DNA of 64,000 nt from Eledone cirrhosa (taxonomy: Eukaryota): positions 94,922,001 through 94,986,000 of the forward strand of contig OZ024742.1 in NCBI GenBank assembly GCA_964016885.1, read 5' to 3'. A program made the position numbers and the translations under genes. The notes under the pieces are model-generated. The model was not told the DNA's origin, did not search any database, and worked only from the letters and a program-made list of their open reading frames with translations. Below, in pieces: positions 25,950 to 40,055 of this stretch (positions are counted from its first letter, which is position 1; each line of letters opens with the position of its first letter).

Positions 25950-28100
25950 TCATCATCATAGTTTAACGTCCATGTTCCACGCTTGCATGGGTTTGGACGG
26001 GAGTTTCCCACTTGAGGCAAGAGTGGTTGTCTTGCTCGCATAGGACTGTCTGGCGGGTTTTCTACAGTTGGATGCCCTTCCTAACACCAACCACATTTAC
26101 AGTGTGGGTCTGGGAGATTTTTACCGTGTTGCCTACACGGCCACATTACAGCGTGGACTATGTGTTTTTTTGTCGTGACACCTACACGATCTCATTTGTT
26201 TCAGCCTGGATGTTGTGGCACCAACATAACTTTACATTGAAAGGGGCGGTGTGGATGGGACGGGGGTAGTGGGGGGTGTATTTTGTTAGAGATGCCTACT
26301 GACTGTAGTAGGTTTTACTTTGTATTTAGGTAAGGCGGGTTTTCTCTATTACTGAGTATCGCCAAAGATCTCGGTCCAGTGACATTGTCTTGGAGAGGTG
26401 TAAGTGTGTGAGGTCGGAATTTATCAGGCCGTCCCAGGTTTTTCTGGGTGTGCCTACTCCGTGGCTACCGTCTATCTTTATTGCCCTGCACTTTTTTATA
26501 CAGCTGTCGTCTTTCATGCGCAGCACGTGACCATACCAACGTAGCCTTCTCTCGAGTAAACAACATCTGATCCCTCTTATTTCTAATTTTTCCCTTAGAT
26601 CGTTTATGCTTTGCCATTCGCGTATATTACTATTACACATCCAGCGGAGCATGCAAGCTTCGTTCCTCTCTAGTCTGCGTATATCCTCTGCACACAATGC
26701 CCAGGTCTCACTACCATGCAACATTGCTGTTCGTATGCAGGCATCATACAGCCTGCCTTTCATTTTTAGGGAGAACCCTTTAGCGGCTAATAGTGGTATA
26801 AGCTCTCTGAACTTTTTCCATCCAGTTCTGACTCTAGCTACTGTACTTTCAGAGCACCCTCCCCCACTGCTGATTTTGTCACCCAGGTAATGGAAGCTGT
26901 CCACTATTTCTATAGAACCCTCTGCGCAATTGAAAGAGCTAGTATAATTGTGGGCACTTGCTGCTACTTATTGCACCAGAGCACCGGCCACATGTAAAAT
27001 CTATGTTCTTAGTTAGCTTACCTGTGATTCCACTACATATTTTATGCACCCATACTTTGCCTTTGGACATAAAATGGACTTTCTACCTACGCCTTTCCTA
27101 CACACTGAGCATGGCCATTTCCAAGAAGGGACCGGCGCCTTATTTTCTTTCCTACAAACTAGAACTTTAGTCTTAGCCAGGTTAATTTTAAGGCCTTTTG
27201 ATTCTAGGCCGTGCTTCCATGTTTGGAATTTCTTCTCTAGCTCGGCCATTGATTCAGCTATGAGCGTTAGATCATCTGCCTATAGGAGTTCCCATGGGCA
27301 GCCGGTCTTGAACTCCACTGTTATAGCCTGAAGGGCAATAATAAATAGTAGGGGGCTAAGAACAGAGCCCTGATGAACACCAACTTTTACGCTAAACTCT
27401 TCACTATATTCGTTGTTAATTCTAACCTTGCTGACTGTTTCTTTATACATGGCTTGTATAGCTCTCACAAGCCATTCATCAACACCTAGTTTTCTAAGAG
27501 CCCACCAGATAATGGAACGGAGAACTCTGTCGAAGGCTTTCTCCAAGTCGACAAAAGCTAAGTATAGGGGTTTACTTTTAGCTAGGTTCTTCTCCTGTAG
27601 TTGTCGTACAATGAAAATAGCGTCTGTGGTACTTTTGCCTGACACAAACCCGAACTGCATTTCATCTATATCGATTCTCTCTATGATTAGTTGCGCTATT
27701 ACTTTTTCCGTGACCTTCATGACCTGGTCAATTAATTTAATGCCTCTATAGTTACTCCTATCTAGGGCATCTCATTTACCCTTGTAGCAGTTAATGATGA
27801 TGCTGCTATGCCAGTCCTTCAGAACAAACCCATTCTGTATGATTTGGTTTACTATCCGGGTGACCATGGTGTGTTCCACCGTTCCAGAGGCTTTCAGCAT
27901 CTATTTCCGAAGGCCCAGCCGCCTTACCCGTCTTCATATCTTTGATTGCCTTACTTATTATACTCCCCTCGACTAACACTGCTGGTCACTCTATTGGGTC
28001 GATGTGGGGGAGACTGTCTTCCTCCCATTTATTCTCCTCATTTAGTAGCCTTTCGTAGTGACACTTCCAAGCTACCTTCTTATCAGCGTCAGTGATGGCA
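25950..28100 (-). mobile_element. RTE-clade LINE, 5'-truncated, RT pseudogene
   Basis: QFGF..GKSTTDAIF, AFVDLEKAFDRV, VGVHQGSVLSPLLF, LL*ADDL (YADD with stop), FHYLG, LHGSETW, RRLRWYGHVLRM; frameshifts; 3' UTR and (GAT)n tail at 25950-26325. Confidence 0.95.
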
Positions 28101-28226
28101 ATATATATATATACACACATATGTACATATATATATGTGTGTGTGTATATGTATATATGCATATATATCCATGTATACACATGCATATACATATAAATAT
28201 TCATACATATATATGCATATACATAC

Positions 28227-28307
<81 letters not shown>

Positions 28308-28336
28308 CATACATACATATATATTTAATAACACAG

Positions 28337-28421
<85 letters not shown>

Positions 28422-28648
28422 GGCACAAATAAGCATACACTTTTCTTCATTCATCCATTTGATCTTATATAGCTAACTGTATGCAAACAAACACATTGGC
28501 ATCTGAATGTGAGAAACAGCTCTGCATACATATCGTTATATGTATATATGTATCTATGCATTATATGTATGAAAATTGAAGCCTATGGACATACATGCAT
28601 AACCACCTACACACACACACACATACTGAATCATACATGTAGACATAG

Positions 28649-28695
<47 letters not shown>

Positions 28696-29017
28696 CACAC
28701 CCTCACACATAAATCACATACAGAATCCTATAGATATGTACACAAGCATAAAATGCAATGCAGATGGTTGATTATTATATTTTCATTTTTATACACTAAT
28801 CTAATGTAGTCAGAAGTTTAATTAATCTAAAGAATTCGATGTAAAGCATTGGTGTTATTGAATCAAAATGTTTTAATTAACATCTTATCAAAAATCGACT
28901 TTTTCTTTCCTCTCTCTTAATATATACCTTTCATAATGTATTTTTTATTGCTTTTAATATAGCTTTCTGCCTTTTTTCTTGGTATTAATGGTGTATATTT
29001 TATAGTGTTGTTGTGTG

Positions 29018-29102
<85 letters not shown>

Positions 29103-29493
29103 ATTTATATCTATCTACATCTATATGTATATGTATGTATATATATATTTACATACAAATGGTTAGGCATGCACTATTGTAGATGCTTATCATCACTCAT
29201 TTTATTTGGCATGTATGAAGTCATTTACGTGTCTCTGAACGGGTGTGTGTGTGTGTGTAGAAAGTACTTTAAAATTGAGGTGAGCTGTCAGTGAAGTAAT
29301 TTTTGCTATCTGATATAGATTCTTTTGAAGCTATTTTACTTCTTTAATATTTTCATTAACATTCTTAAAGGTGTGATTTCTTTAATGGTGCAATATCCTT
29401 AATTCCTATTTCCTCCTCTCTTGAAATCAATATGTCTAAACATGCATGCTCTTTGAAGGACTATGCAAGTTATGGTTAGGTTTTTAGACTCAC

Positions 29494-30292
29494 TGATTAT
29501 TTTCAAAATTATTAGAAATCTGGTAAAGATAGGGTTAAATATTTTGATTTTTTATTGTTACTGCTGATATCTATGTATGTTTAACCGAGCTCCTAAGAGA
29601 TTCTGTCATAGATAGTTACTTGGGGGTCTCAATGATAGGAGCCCCTACCTTAGCATAAATGATGTTCCCCTAAACTGGATGATAGCCGGTTGCAGTGGTG
29701 AATCCCCAGCGGCTGTTGGTACGCATTTTCTTTTCAAGCCTTATAATAGTTGTTTCTACTTTTGGCACAAGGCCAGCAATTATCCAGTACATTACTGGTA
29801 CTTTATTTTATCGACCTCGTAAGGATGAAAGGAAAAGTTAATCCCGTCGAGGTTAACTTTTCATTTCATCCTTTCGGGGTCGATAAAATAAAGCACCAGT
29901 AATATACTGGATAATTGCTGGCCTTGTGCCAAAAGCCAAAAGTAGAAACAAATATTATAAGGCTTGTTTCATGGGATGGAGCAACATATTGAGTCCTTGA
30001 ACATGTTACTTCATTTCAACTTGTCTCAGGCCACTCAGCTAATAAAAAAAGAAAAGAAATTGCGTACCAACAGCTGCTGGGGATTCACCACTGCAACCAA
30101 CTATCATCCGGTTTAGGGGAACATCATTTATGCTAAGGTAGGAGCTCCTATCATTGAGACCCCCAAGTAACTATCTATGACAGAATCTCTTAGTAGCTCA
30201 GTTCAACATACATAGATATCAGCAGTAACAATTAACAAGCAAAATATTTAACCCTATCTTTACCAGATTTCTAATGATTTTGAAAATAATCA
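29494..30292. repeat. Fold-back inverted duplication centred on a SINE M copy
   Basis: 29494-29735 is the reverse complement of 30051-30292; 29736-29841 is the reverse complement of 29852-29965; 29966-30050 is absent from the left arm. Confidence 0.9.
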
Positions 30293-30651
30293 TGAATCTG
30301 AAGGTATCCATTATTAATTTGGTGTTTGATACATAATTTAACAAAATGTTTTTATATAAATCTACTATGGAATGTTTTTAGATAATTATAAACTCTTTAA
30401 ATTAAATAGCTTAGTATTTTAGAACTAGCTATGGTTCAGAGATCTGGTATTGAAAGTGTTTATGTTTGAAACTAAATGTTTTACTTGTAAGTGAAATATT
30501 TTCATCGACCAAGATAAAATTTCTATGCTGAAGGCTAGTATTTACAGAAATTAGACATGTGATAACTAATATTCCATTTCATTCAAATGTTCTTCTCTTT
30601 ATATACATTATCTACAGCAATGGAACAACCCCAAGATACAACATTATCAAA

Positions 30652-30808
30652 AATAATTGTTTCTACTTTAGGCAAAAGGCCAGCAATTACTCAGTGCATT
30701 ACTGGTACTTTATTTTATCGACCCTGTAAGGATGAAAGGCAAAGTTAACCTCGGCGGGATTTGAACTCAGAATGGCAAGGGCCGTAACTATATGCATCAA
30801 AGCATGAT
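30652..30808 (-). mobile_element. SINE family M
   Basis: Reverse complement of 58461-58640. Older diverged copies at about 14320-14530, 31530-31730, 31770-31900, 32430-32800, 45180-45310 (-) and 46625-46780, 57580-57795, 58200-58410 (+). Confidence 0.85.
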
Positions 30809-33800
30809 TCATATTAAGGCTGTGTTTTGGGGGTTGCCTCCATTGATCAAGTGTAGAAATGTTGTGTAATTGTTGATTAATTCATTCATTACTATATTTC
30901 TAATGAATGACATTGCATATGATTTTCAAATAATTTCGAAAATAATCAATAATTGGGAGTGATTTAGTAATATAACTAATTATTTTCATTTTTAAGTTGG
31001 TATTGGAACATAACATAATACATGTTTTTAAATAAAACCATAGTGGAAGATGCTTTTTATATAAACAGTTTTGTATTATAAGACCAAAGGGAGTTTTGGG
31101 CAGTTTGGTATCAGAGGGATCAAATTGCAAAAAAAGCAATAAAATTATATTTAAAAATTCACGTTCAATCCATGCTAGCATAGAAAAACTGTCATTAATG
31201 ATGATGACATAAAATATACTAAATATTGTTATGCTTTATATATAAATATATAGTTTTGAACAATGTTTGAATATGTGTCAACAAACTCCAGAAAAAGAAT
31301 TGAATACTCCTCTTGTTGGCTTTGCAAACATATATGTGTTGGCACATAAATACATATGCATGTAGTTGCTATTAAACTAGTATTTATTATATCTACCATG
31401 GAGGGATGTGAGGCAAAAATGATACTAGCAAAGTTTTAACTCAGAACATAATTAAACAATTCAATGTACTTTCTTTCCGGCTCTTACAATTCTAACAATC
31501 CATTAATTCTCATAAATATAATAATACTTTTTAATCTAGGTAGAAAGCCAGTAAGGTGTGAAGAGGGAACATCAATGATATTTGGCTGGTACTTTATTTT
31601 ATCAACACTGGAAGTATGAAATGGAAAATTGATCTTGGCTGGATTTGAACTCAGAATGTAAAGAGTAGAAACAAATGCAACAAATCTTTTATCCAATACA
31701 CTAATGATCCTGTCAACCCAACACCTTCATAATAAAACTATTAAAAATAATGATGATTATGATAATTGCAAGACCTGCAATGTGTGAAGGTTGAGGAAAT
31801 CAATTAAATTGATTTAGTACTTGGCTGGTACTTTATTTTATTGGCTTTGGCAGGATTTGATCATAAAGAGCCAAAACAAATACTGTTAGGCATTTTGATG
31901 ACACTCTTCCAATTCCTTGCTCTTTAATAATAATTTCTTAATAATGTCTTTGTTAGGCACAAAAGGTTGCATATCGAATACAATGAACATCATGAACCCG
32001 GTGGTTAACATATATATAAACTATAATAAAGTTATTTATAAATGAGGGTAGAGGAAAATATTTTATACAATAGATGAAATTTGGTAAAAAATGGAATAAG
32101 TATGAAATTATTATAAAATACTCAGAAATTAGAATATAAAACACGAAAAGTATTAAGTGTTACCCATCTACACATGGTGAGAATTCATTAGCTAAGTCAG
32201 AGCTCCCCAAATTTCTGTCCATCCACTTTACCAGGAACACCACAATTATCTGTAAGCATGTTTTGGTGTTTTTATCAAAAATAGAATCCTCATTTCTGAA
32301 CAAAGTGTTATATTTTTTGTATACTTTTTTGTTGTAAAAAGGGAAAAGTCTAATAATGGTTTCTAATTTAATCACAACAACTAGAAATTTAAAGGAAGCA
32401 TAAGTTGAATAAATCAACTGTAGTTTATGAGTATTACTTTATTTTATTACACCCAAAAAGATGAAAGGCAAAGTAGACCTTGGCAGAATTTGAACTTAGA
32501 ACATTAAGAGCTGTAACTAAATGCCACAAACATTTTCTCTGAGTCTGTAACCATTATGCCTGTTTACCACTCTGCCTATAATAATAGTAGTTTCTAATTT
32601 AAGTACAAAGGCAGTTGTTTTGTAGGAGGGGTGGGAAAAGTCAATTATATCAACTCAGTACTTGACCAGTACTTTATCGACCCCAGAAGGATGAAAGTCA
32701 AAGTTCAACTCATTGGAATTTGAACTCCGAATGTTGAAAATCATAGCTAAATACTGCAACAGCATTTGGCTCATTGTTCTGCTGATACTACCAATCCACT
32801 GTCCTCATAATAATAATGATTCAAATAATAAGATTTCTTTTAATAATAATAATAATAATTTCTGTTTAATCAACTTCAATTGTTTTAATTGCATAGTTAT
32901 TGCTGATTATTTTTGTTTACTTTTTATATTTTATTGTAATCTTATTGGTTTGATTTGTAGCGTTTTTTTTTATGTTTTTGTTTTCTTTGGTAACAAAGAG
33001 ATGGATGGAGGCTGGAAGAAAAAAATATAACCATTTATAAATTTCAGATTTTCGAAACTAAAATTAGAGGATTACATTGGGTGGGGGCTAGAGTTTGGTT
33101 TTGAGTTGAATTTGGGGTTTAGGTGAGAGTTTAAGAAGAACTTAATAATGGTGGTGGGGTGAGGAGGAGGGGTTACTTCTTATTTCTGTTTTATTTTATT
33201 TATTTCATGCAGTCTCGAGAATTAAAATTAAATTTAAAAAACCACAAAAGCATTAAAATAATGAGATGATGGTGGTGGTGATTTGATGATGATGATGTTA
33301 GTTGTGATGGTGGATATTTGTATGATTATTTTTCCAATTATATTATTTTCTGTCTGTCTCTCTTTCTCTCTCACTCTCCTCTTTTTCGTAATTTTTTACA
33401 TTGACCCACTCGTCTGCCCCACCCTCCCTCTTGGTCTTCTTTGGAGAGTGGAAAACCCCAGTCTCCCGCTAAATCTATGCATTATTTATCACCCCTTATT
33501 AACCTTTTAATTAACTGCTAACAAATGTCCACAGTAAATCTGCTATACTCTGGAAGAGCGAGAGAGTGGAAGGGGGAGAAAGAAAGAGGGAAAGGGTGGG
33601 AAAATAAAGAGCAACAAATAATTGGTGCAATAATAATAATAACAAAAATAACAATAATAATAATAGCAATAATAACAATAATGATAATGGCAATGACAAT
33701 GACAATAGTAAACCAACAATAATTGTCATAACAACAACAATAAAAATAACATAATAATAATAATAATAATAATAGTAATATTTATACAAACTTGACTGGA

Positions 33801-34374
33801 AATAATTAAATGAAAAGGAGAAGCAAATAAACAAAAAGAGGATAATAAAATAAAATACAAAAAAAATGAAAATTCTTTAAAAAAATCTAAGAAAATAAAA
33901 TAAAAATTGACATTCACTTTCCCCTCATTTCCTTTCTTTCCTCATTCCCAAAGTATTTTTCTTTGCCTTCTTTTCCCATTTGTTCCCCGCCCTCCACTTT
34001 ACAATTTCAGCCACAGCACCATTGTTCAGTAATTATTATTTTTTTTTTTTCTAATTCAATTTCTCTATTTTTAATTCCAATTTATCAAACGAATTTTGAA
34101 ATTGTCTGATTGAGAAAAATAAAAATAATTTGAAATAAAATTTACAAGTAAAATGAAATAAACAAATCATCTTTCGTTTTTCTATATGTATATTTTTACT
34201 GGTGGTTGGTTTATTGTTTTATTTTGTTAATATTTCCAGTCATTGGAATGCGACCATGCTGAGGCACCATCTTGAAGGGTTTTTAGTTGATCATATTGGT
34301 TATCCTTCTGCCCCAGTATTTATTTTGTCAAGCGTGGTCCTTGTTTTACTGATAACCTTTTGACAACGTTCACT

Positions 34375-34466
<92 letters not shown>

Positions 34467-34468
<2 letters not shown>

Positions 34469-34664
34469 CGAAGGCAGTGTGGTAAGGAACCAGGTGACCA
34501 TAACGTACCAGAGTACTCAATACTTAGGGTAGTAGAGTGGGTAATAGGAAAATCTTCAAGACCTCGACAGCAGAGCTCAAGCCGTTTCGATAGTTATTTC
34601 AGTCCAGAAATAGTCGTCGAAACGGCTTGAGCTCTGCCATCGTGGTCTTGAAGATTGTTCCTAT
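34467..34664 (-). mobile_element. Minimal PLE family B insertion (terminal tail plus inverted half-HHR)
   Basis: 34467-34600 is the reverse complement of the family B 3' terminus (cf. 38680-38812); 34604-34664 is its inverted copy; (TA)n on both sides. Confidence 0.85.
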
Positions 34665-35177
34665 ATATATATATATCATCATTATCATCATCATCATTTA
34701 ATGTCTATCTTCCACGCTAGCATGGGTTAGACGGATATATAAATATATATATAGCTTCCACACAATTGTTAACAAAATTTCATTCACAAAGCATGGGTCA
34801 ACCTGAGGTGGTATTTGGCCAAGGTGGCATGCAGTGGGACTAAATCTGAAACACAACCATATGGTTTTATTACTATTAATATTATTGTGAAGGCTTTCAA
34901 TCGAAAGGTTGTGAGTTCAATTCTCGGACCAGATGATGTGTTGTTTCCTTGAGCAAGACACTTTATTTCATGTTGCTCCAGTTTATTCAGCTGGGGTCCC
35001 TATCATTAAATTACCCAAGACACCTCCAACGAGATATACCTTGGAGGAGGCTAGCTAAACCTGCATAGGTGTGAGCTGTCACACACATTAATATTATTAA
35101 CATGGAGGACTAGCAGATCTGTTGTGATGTTAGACAAAATATTTTGTCATTTAGTTAGGACCCTTCATACTCAACAA

Positions 35178-35358
35178 TAATAATTGTTTCTACTTTAGGC
35201 ACAAGGCCAGCAATTATCCAGTGCATTACTGGTACTTTATTTTATCGACCCCGTAAGGATGAAAGGCAAAGTCAACCTCGGCGGGATTTGAACTCAGATC
35301 GTAAAGGGACGTAACTATGCTGGAAAGTATGGCGTCCGACCCTCTACCGATACTGCCA
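35178..35358 (-). mobile_element. SINE family M, near full length
   Basis: Reverse complement of 58461-58640 including the head TGGCAGTATCGGTAGAGGGTCGGAC. Confidence 0.88.
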
Positions 35359-36453
35359 AACAATAATAATAGGTTCTAATTTTGTCACAAGGTCACCAAT
35401 TTGCAGGAAGGGGAAAGTTGATAATATTGAGCCCAGTCCATGACTCGTACTTTATTTAATTGATGCCAGAAAGATGAAAGGCGAAGTTAACCAGAAAACT
35501 TGTGTCATCCTAAACATCGTGAATCAGTGATTGGTTCATTGGAAACCTGTAACCAATGACGTTGTTTCCAGCATTGAATATGTTAACTGGAAATAAAAAT
35601 AATGTAAATCATCATTAGCATTTTATATGCTGGCAAACGTTTCCTGCTTTGTCATAGTGCATGACTAGACCTCCATCTTATTCATATGTTCTGTATTTGG
35701 TATGATTTCTGTAGAATCTAGAGTTCTTATCTACAACGGGTTAAAATCAATTACTAATTTTATTTTCAATTCGGTGACAAATCCAAGAAACAAATAAACA
35801 TGTTTTAGTATATTTTGATCACTTCATCAACCAAGCATAACCTTCATCTAATTGCTGGTGTAGTAATGAATGAATTACTATGGGAATATTGTAGGCAATA
35901 TTAATTATGTGACTGGGGTTCTAAATTGAATCATATACATTTTCTTGTAAACATATTTGTATTGCCACTGAATTTTAGAAGCAGTGATTTATTCGCTACT
36001 ATCTTAGCAACCTAGTAAGAGCAACCTACTTCTCAATATTAAAGTAATCCTTATGTACAACAGATTTGTGTTAAGCATTATAGAATATGTGGGTTTGTCT
36101 TAGGTGAATGCAGCAAATTGACAGCGTGTAAGATGAGATGCATTGCAGTCCTTGTTTTGATTCTTTATATTCTGGGTTCTTGGACGGCATTCAGTTGATT
36201 GGAAACCTGAATTCTAATCATCGAACATGATGAAGGATCCATCATCAGTTCATAAATACATTCTCCTCTTCCTTTTTTTCTTTTACGGTTTTCAGTCAAT
36301 AATTTTGTGACTATGCTGGGGCACTGCTTTCAAGCCTTCTACATGCTTTATCAAACTCTTTTCATTGAAGCATTTAGAAGATACAATTAGTTAAATGTAA
36401 ATACACATAAGCACACAGATGCACTACCACATACATACACACATGCACACTAC

Positions 36454-36550
<97 letters not shown>

Positions 36551-36572
36551 GTATATTTATATATATATATAT

Positions 36573-38809
36573 ATAGGAAAATGTTTAACCCCAGCGGCAG
36601 AGCTCAAGCCGTTTCAACAGCTATTTCTGGACTAAATTAGAATTTTTAACGTGGTAATAAATAGCCGAACTTTTCAAGGGGTAATTCCTTATATAGGAAG
36701 ATTATAGTTAGTTACCAAAACACTCACACCCATCACCGACCAGGAAAGAAACATCATTCTCCACGCCAGGAAGACAGTCTTCCTTTTCGACAACTCCAAG
36801 TGGATAAAGAGAGCTCCTGACTTCCCCTTTGACGTCAGTATGAGCATGACCGACTCGGCCGAGGTGACTGATCTTATAGGATTATTCCTACTACATAAAC
36901 TCACCGAAACGTTTCCTGCATTCGGCGGTGGATTGTACCGAGACGATGGACTCTTTACCCTCAAAGGCTACAACCCCAGTAGTACAGACTGGGTCCATAA
37001 ACTACTAATCAACTTCTTCCGGGACTGGGGATTTAAAATCACCCTACAAACATCCCTAAGCTGAGTCAATTTCCTGGACGTTACTCTCAACCTCGAAAGT
37101 GATCCTGTGCTACCCATACAGGAAACCAAACGACAACCTTCACTACATCCACCGCCGCTCTAACCATCCTAGAAACATCACCAATAACCTGGTTAAAAAC
37201 ATCTCCCTCCACATATTTCGTTTGTCCGCTAATGAGCAGATATTCGATGAGCATGCGCCTCATTACAATCAGGTCCTCAAGCGAAGTGGCTTTCGAGAGG
37301 AAATCTCCTTCTATCCAGCTCCCCTTAGCGAGACCGGCAGGCGACGCCGTTGCTCACACCACGTAACCTGGTTCAACTCTCCCTACAATGCCGAGGTGGC
37401 AACACCAATCGGGAAAATCTTTAGGCTGCTAAAAAACACTTCCCACCACAACACCGCTACCACAACATAATCAACAAAAACACTATCAAACTCTCCTACA
37501 GCACCACATCCAACTTCGCACAAAACATCGCCTCCTCAACCAACAAGAAACTCAACACCTATGGAAGAAACAACTTAGACATTAGTGGAGAGCCGACCAG
37601 GAGGTGTAACTGCCCTGATAGATCTACATGCTCCCTCAACAGCAGATGCCAAGAACGTAACGTGATCTACCAATGCAACGTGAGGACGGAAACCTTCAAC
37701 AAAGCCTATATAAGATTAACCACTTGCGACTTCAAGACCCGGCTCTACCAACACCGACATACGTTCCAAAACCCGGCCCGGCGACATGTCACTACACTTT
37801 CGGGCCGCATTTGGGACCTCCAACATAACAAACCATCTTACTTGGAGCTTACTGTCCAGGGCTAACTCCTACATGGGAGGACGCCATCAGTGTAACTTAT
37901 GCTCGGAGGAAACATTACAAATGCTGTTTACAAAGGACTAACTCCTAAACAAAAAAGACGAACTGGTAACTGCATGTAAACACCGATTGCATAGGACTTA
38001 CCTTGCCCTCAAACCCCCTCATGACCCGGGTGCAACATCCTCCTTTTCCCCACTTGCCGAACAAGATAGGGGAAACCCCAGCATACATAGGTAGATATAC
38101 TTTTTTATTTTTATTTTCTTCTTCCCTTTATCTCTTCTTATCACTTCCTTCCACTCCCTCTCTTTTTCCTTTTTCCTCTTTCACCTACCCCAAGGCAGCC
38201 CATCAGGCTTCTGTTGCCTCAGTACCGCCACCCCAGTAAATTATATATAGTATTTGCCGAAAACGCAATACCAGCTAAAAATATAGCAACTGCTTTAGAC
38301 TCTAGACATTTTTTTTATTATTGTTACTATTTAATTTTTTTTATTTTTTTTTGTTTATTATCTTTTAATCTCAATTTATTAACCATTTCTATAATGTCCC
38401 ACTCTTAGTATCCTTCTTTGCCAGCTTCCTAACTAGCCTAATTTCATACACACTCCTTAAAATTTGCTGTATAGAATTCACTTTCAATGCTTGACCAGCT
38501 CCATCCACTCCCTCATTGTTCTACAGGCAAGTTCAGCCACCCACAGCCATGAAAGGTTTAATTGTGTTTACAAGAAATTTTGACCAATCGTTTTGACAAC
38601 TATAAGCTTCCCATATAAGGAATTACCCCTTGAAAAATTCTGCTATTTATTACCAAGCTAAAAATTCTAATTTAGTCCAGAAATAGCTGTCGAAACGGCT
38701 TGAGCTCTGCCATCGGGGTTAAACATTTTCCTATTACCCACGCTACTACCCTAAGTATTGAGTACTCTGGTGCGTTATGGTCCATCTGGTTCTTTACCAC
38801 ACTTCCTTC

Positions 38810-38812
<3 letters not shown>
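36573..38812 (+). mobile_element. Penelope-like element family B (Naiad-like), RT plus GIY-YIG pseudogene
   Basis: FDVSMSMTDSAEVTDLIG, GLYRDDGL, VNFLDVTLNL, PYRKPND..YIH..SNHP, WFNSPYN, CNC..C.LN..C, VIYQC..AYI.LT..FKTRLYQH; stops and frameshifts. 36573-36709 is an inverted copy of 38598-38734. In (TA)n. Confidence 0.92.
38626..38718 (+). ncRNA. Type I hammerhead, U3-A8 core variant
   Basis: CCCC-TTGAAAA-..GCTATTT..AAATAGCTGTC-GAAA-CGGCt-tgagctc-tGCC-ATC-GGGG; inverted copy at about 36589-36681. Confidence 0.68.
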
Positions 38813-38842
<30 letters not shown>

Positions 38843-39389
38843 TTATCTATAAAAGGCAGATTTTTGTGTCTGTATGTATGTTTCAATTTTATACATTTAC
38901 ACAATTCCAAAAATATTGAATGAATAATTAAGCAGAATGTTTACAAATATTCTAACTTGGGTCATGGGCGAACTTATTGGTTTCAAAATTGCCACAATTA
39001 CGGAAAAATCGATTTATTTCAACAATCGATGATTTCTCCTCTCTCATATGATATACGTTTCCTATATCTACTCCCTTCATCACCTCCCCTTAAAATTGCT
39101 ACCTTCTCTTATAAGTGTTTGTGAAAAAGAGAAACATTTAAAAAAAACATATACACACATATATGTTGGTATGGTTACGATTGACGTCATAGAAACAGGA
39201 ACGCGGGAATTTCAATCAATCAACGCATACACAGTTTGTTTTAGAAATAACAATAGCATATAATGATAAAGAGGGATATAATGATAAACAGACACACTAA
39301 AAGACGGATATATGTGTGTGTGTTTGTATTAGCTCGTTCAAACTCCATTTCGAAGCTGACTTTCATTTACTAAACTGTGAGTTTTTCAA

Positions 39390-39919
39390 TCGGCCTTACA
39401 CTTTCAAACTATATTTGTCTGTATAAGTAACTTTAACCCTTTATTTTCGACATAAAAATACACACATACATACAAAGACCTGTAAAGTTTTTTTGGGGGG
39501 GGCCTTTCTTATCAATCTTTTTACATTCAATTATCAGCCTTATACTTTCAAAGTCAATTTTTATGTTGAAGTAACTTTCAACCTTTAATACATACATACA
39601 TACATACATATACACACACACACAAATACCTGTCACTTAATTTACACACACATCGGCCTTACACTTTCATACACACATACATACATATACACACATACAT
39701 ACAAATACCTGTCACTTAATTTACACACACATCGGCCTTACACTTTCAAACTAAATTTTTCTGTAGAAGTAACGTTAACCCTTTCTTTTCGACATAAAAA
39801 TACACACATACATACAAATAGCTGTAAATTTTTTTGGGGGGCCTTTCTTATCAATCTTTTTACATTCAATTATCAGCCTTATACTTTCAAAGTCAATTTT
39901 TATGTTGAAGTAACTTTCA
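39390..39919 (+). repeat. Internal direct duplication in Helitron 5' region
   Basis: 39390-39580 is repeated at 39732-39919; shorter repeats at 39590-39750. Confidence 0.85.
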
Positions 39920-40055
39920 CCATTTATTTTTCGATACCCATTTACTTACTAACATTTGTATCACAACAACAATAACAATATTCATAAACAGACAGTAGAC
40001 TTTCAAAGTCAATTTTTCTGTAGAAGTAACTTTCACACTTTCTTTTGGACATAAA

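Noticed and set aside
32160-32250. Possible minus-strand exon (DNCGVPGKVDGQKFGEL)
   Set aside because: Short, hits a stop in that frame and has no supporting neighbouring exons.
37062-37064. In-frame TGA in the Naiad-like RT as possible selenocysteine
   Set aside because: It lies before VNFLDV at a non-Cys position, probably CGA decay. The Cys motifs use normal codons and the copy has other lesions.
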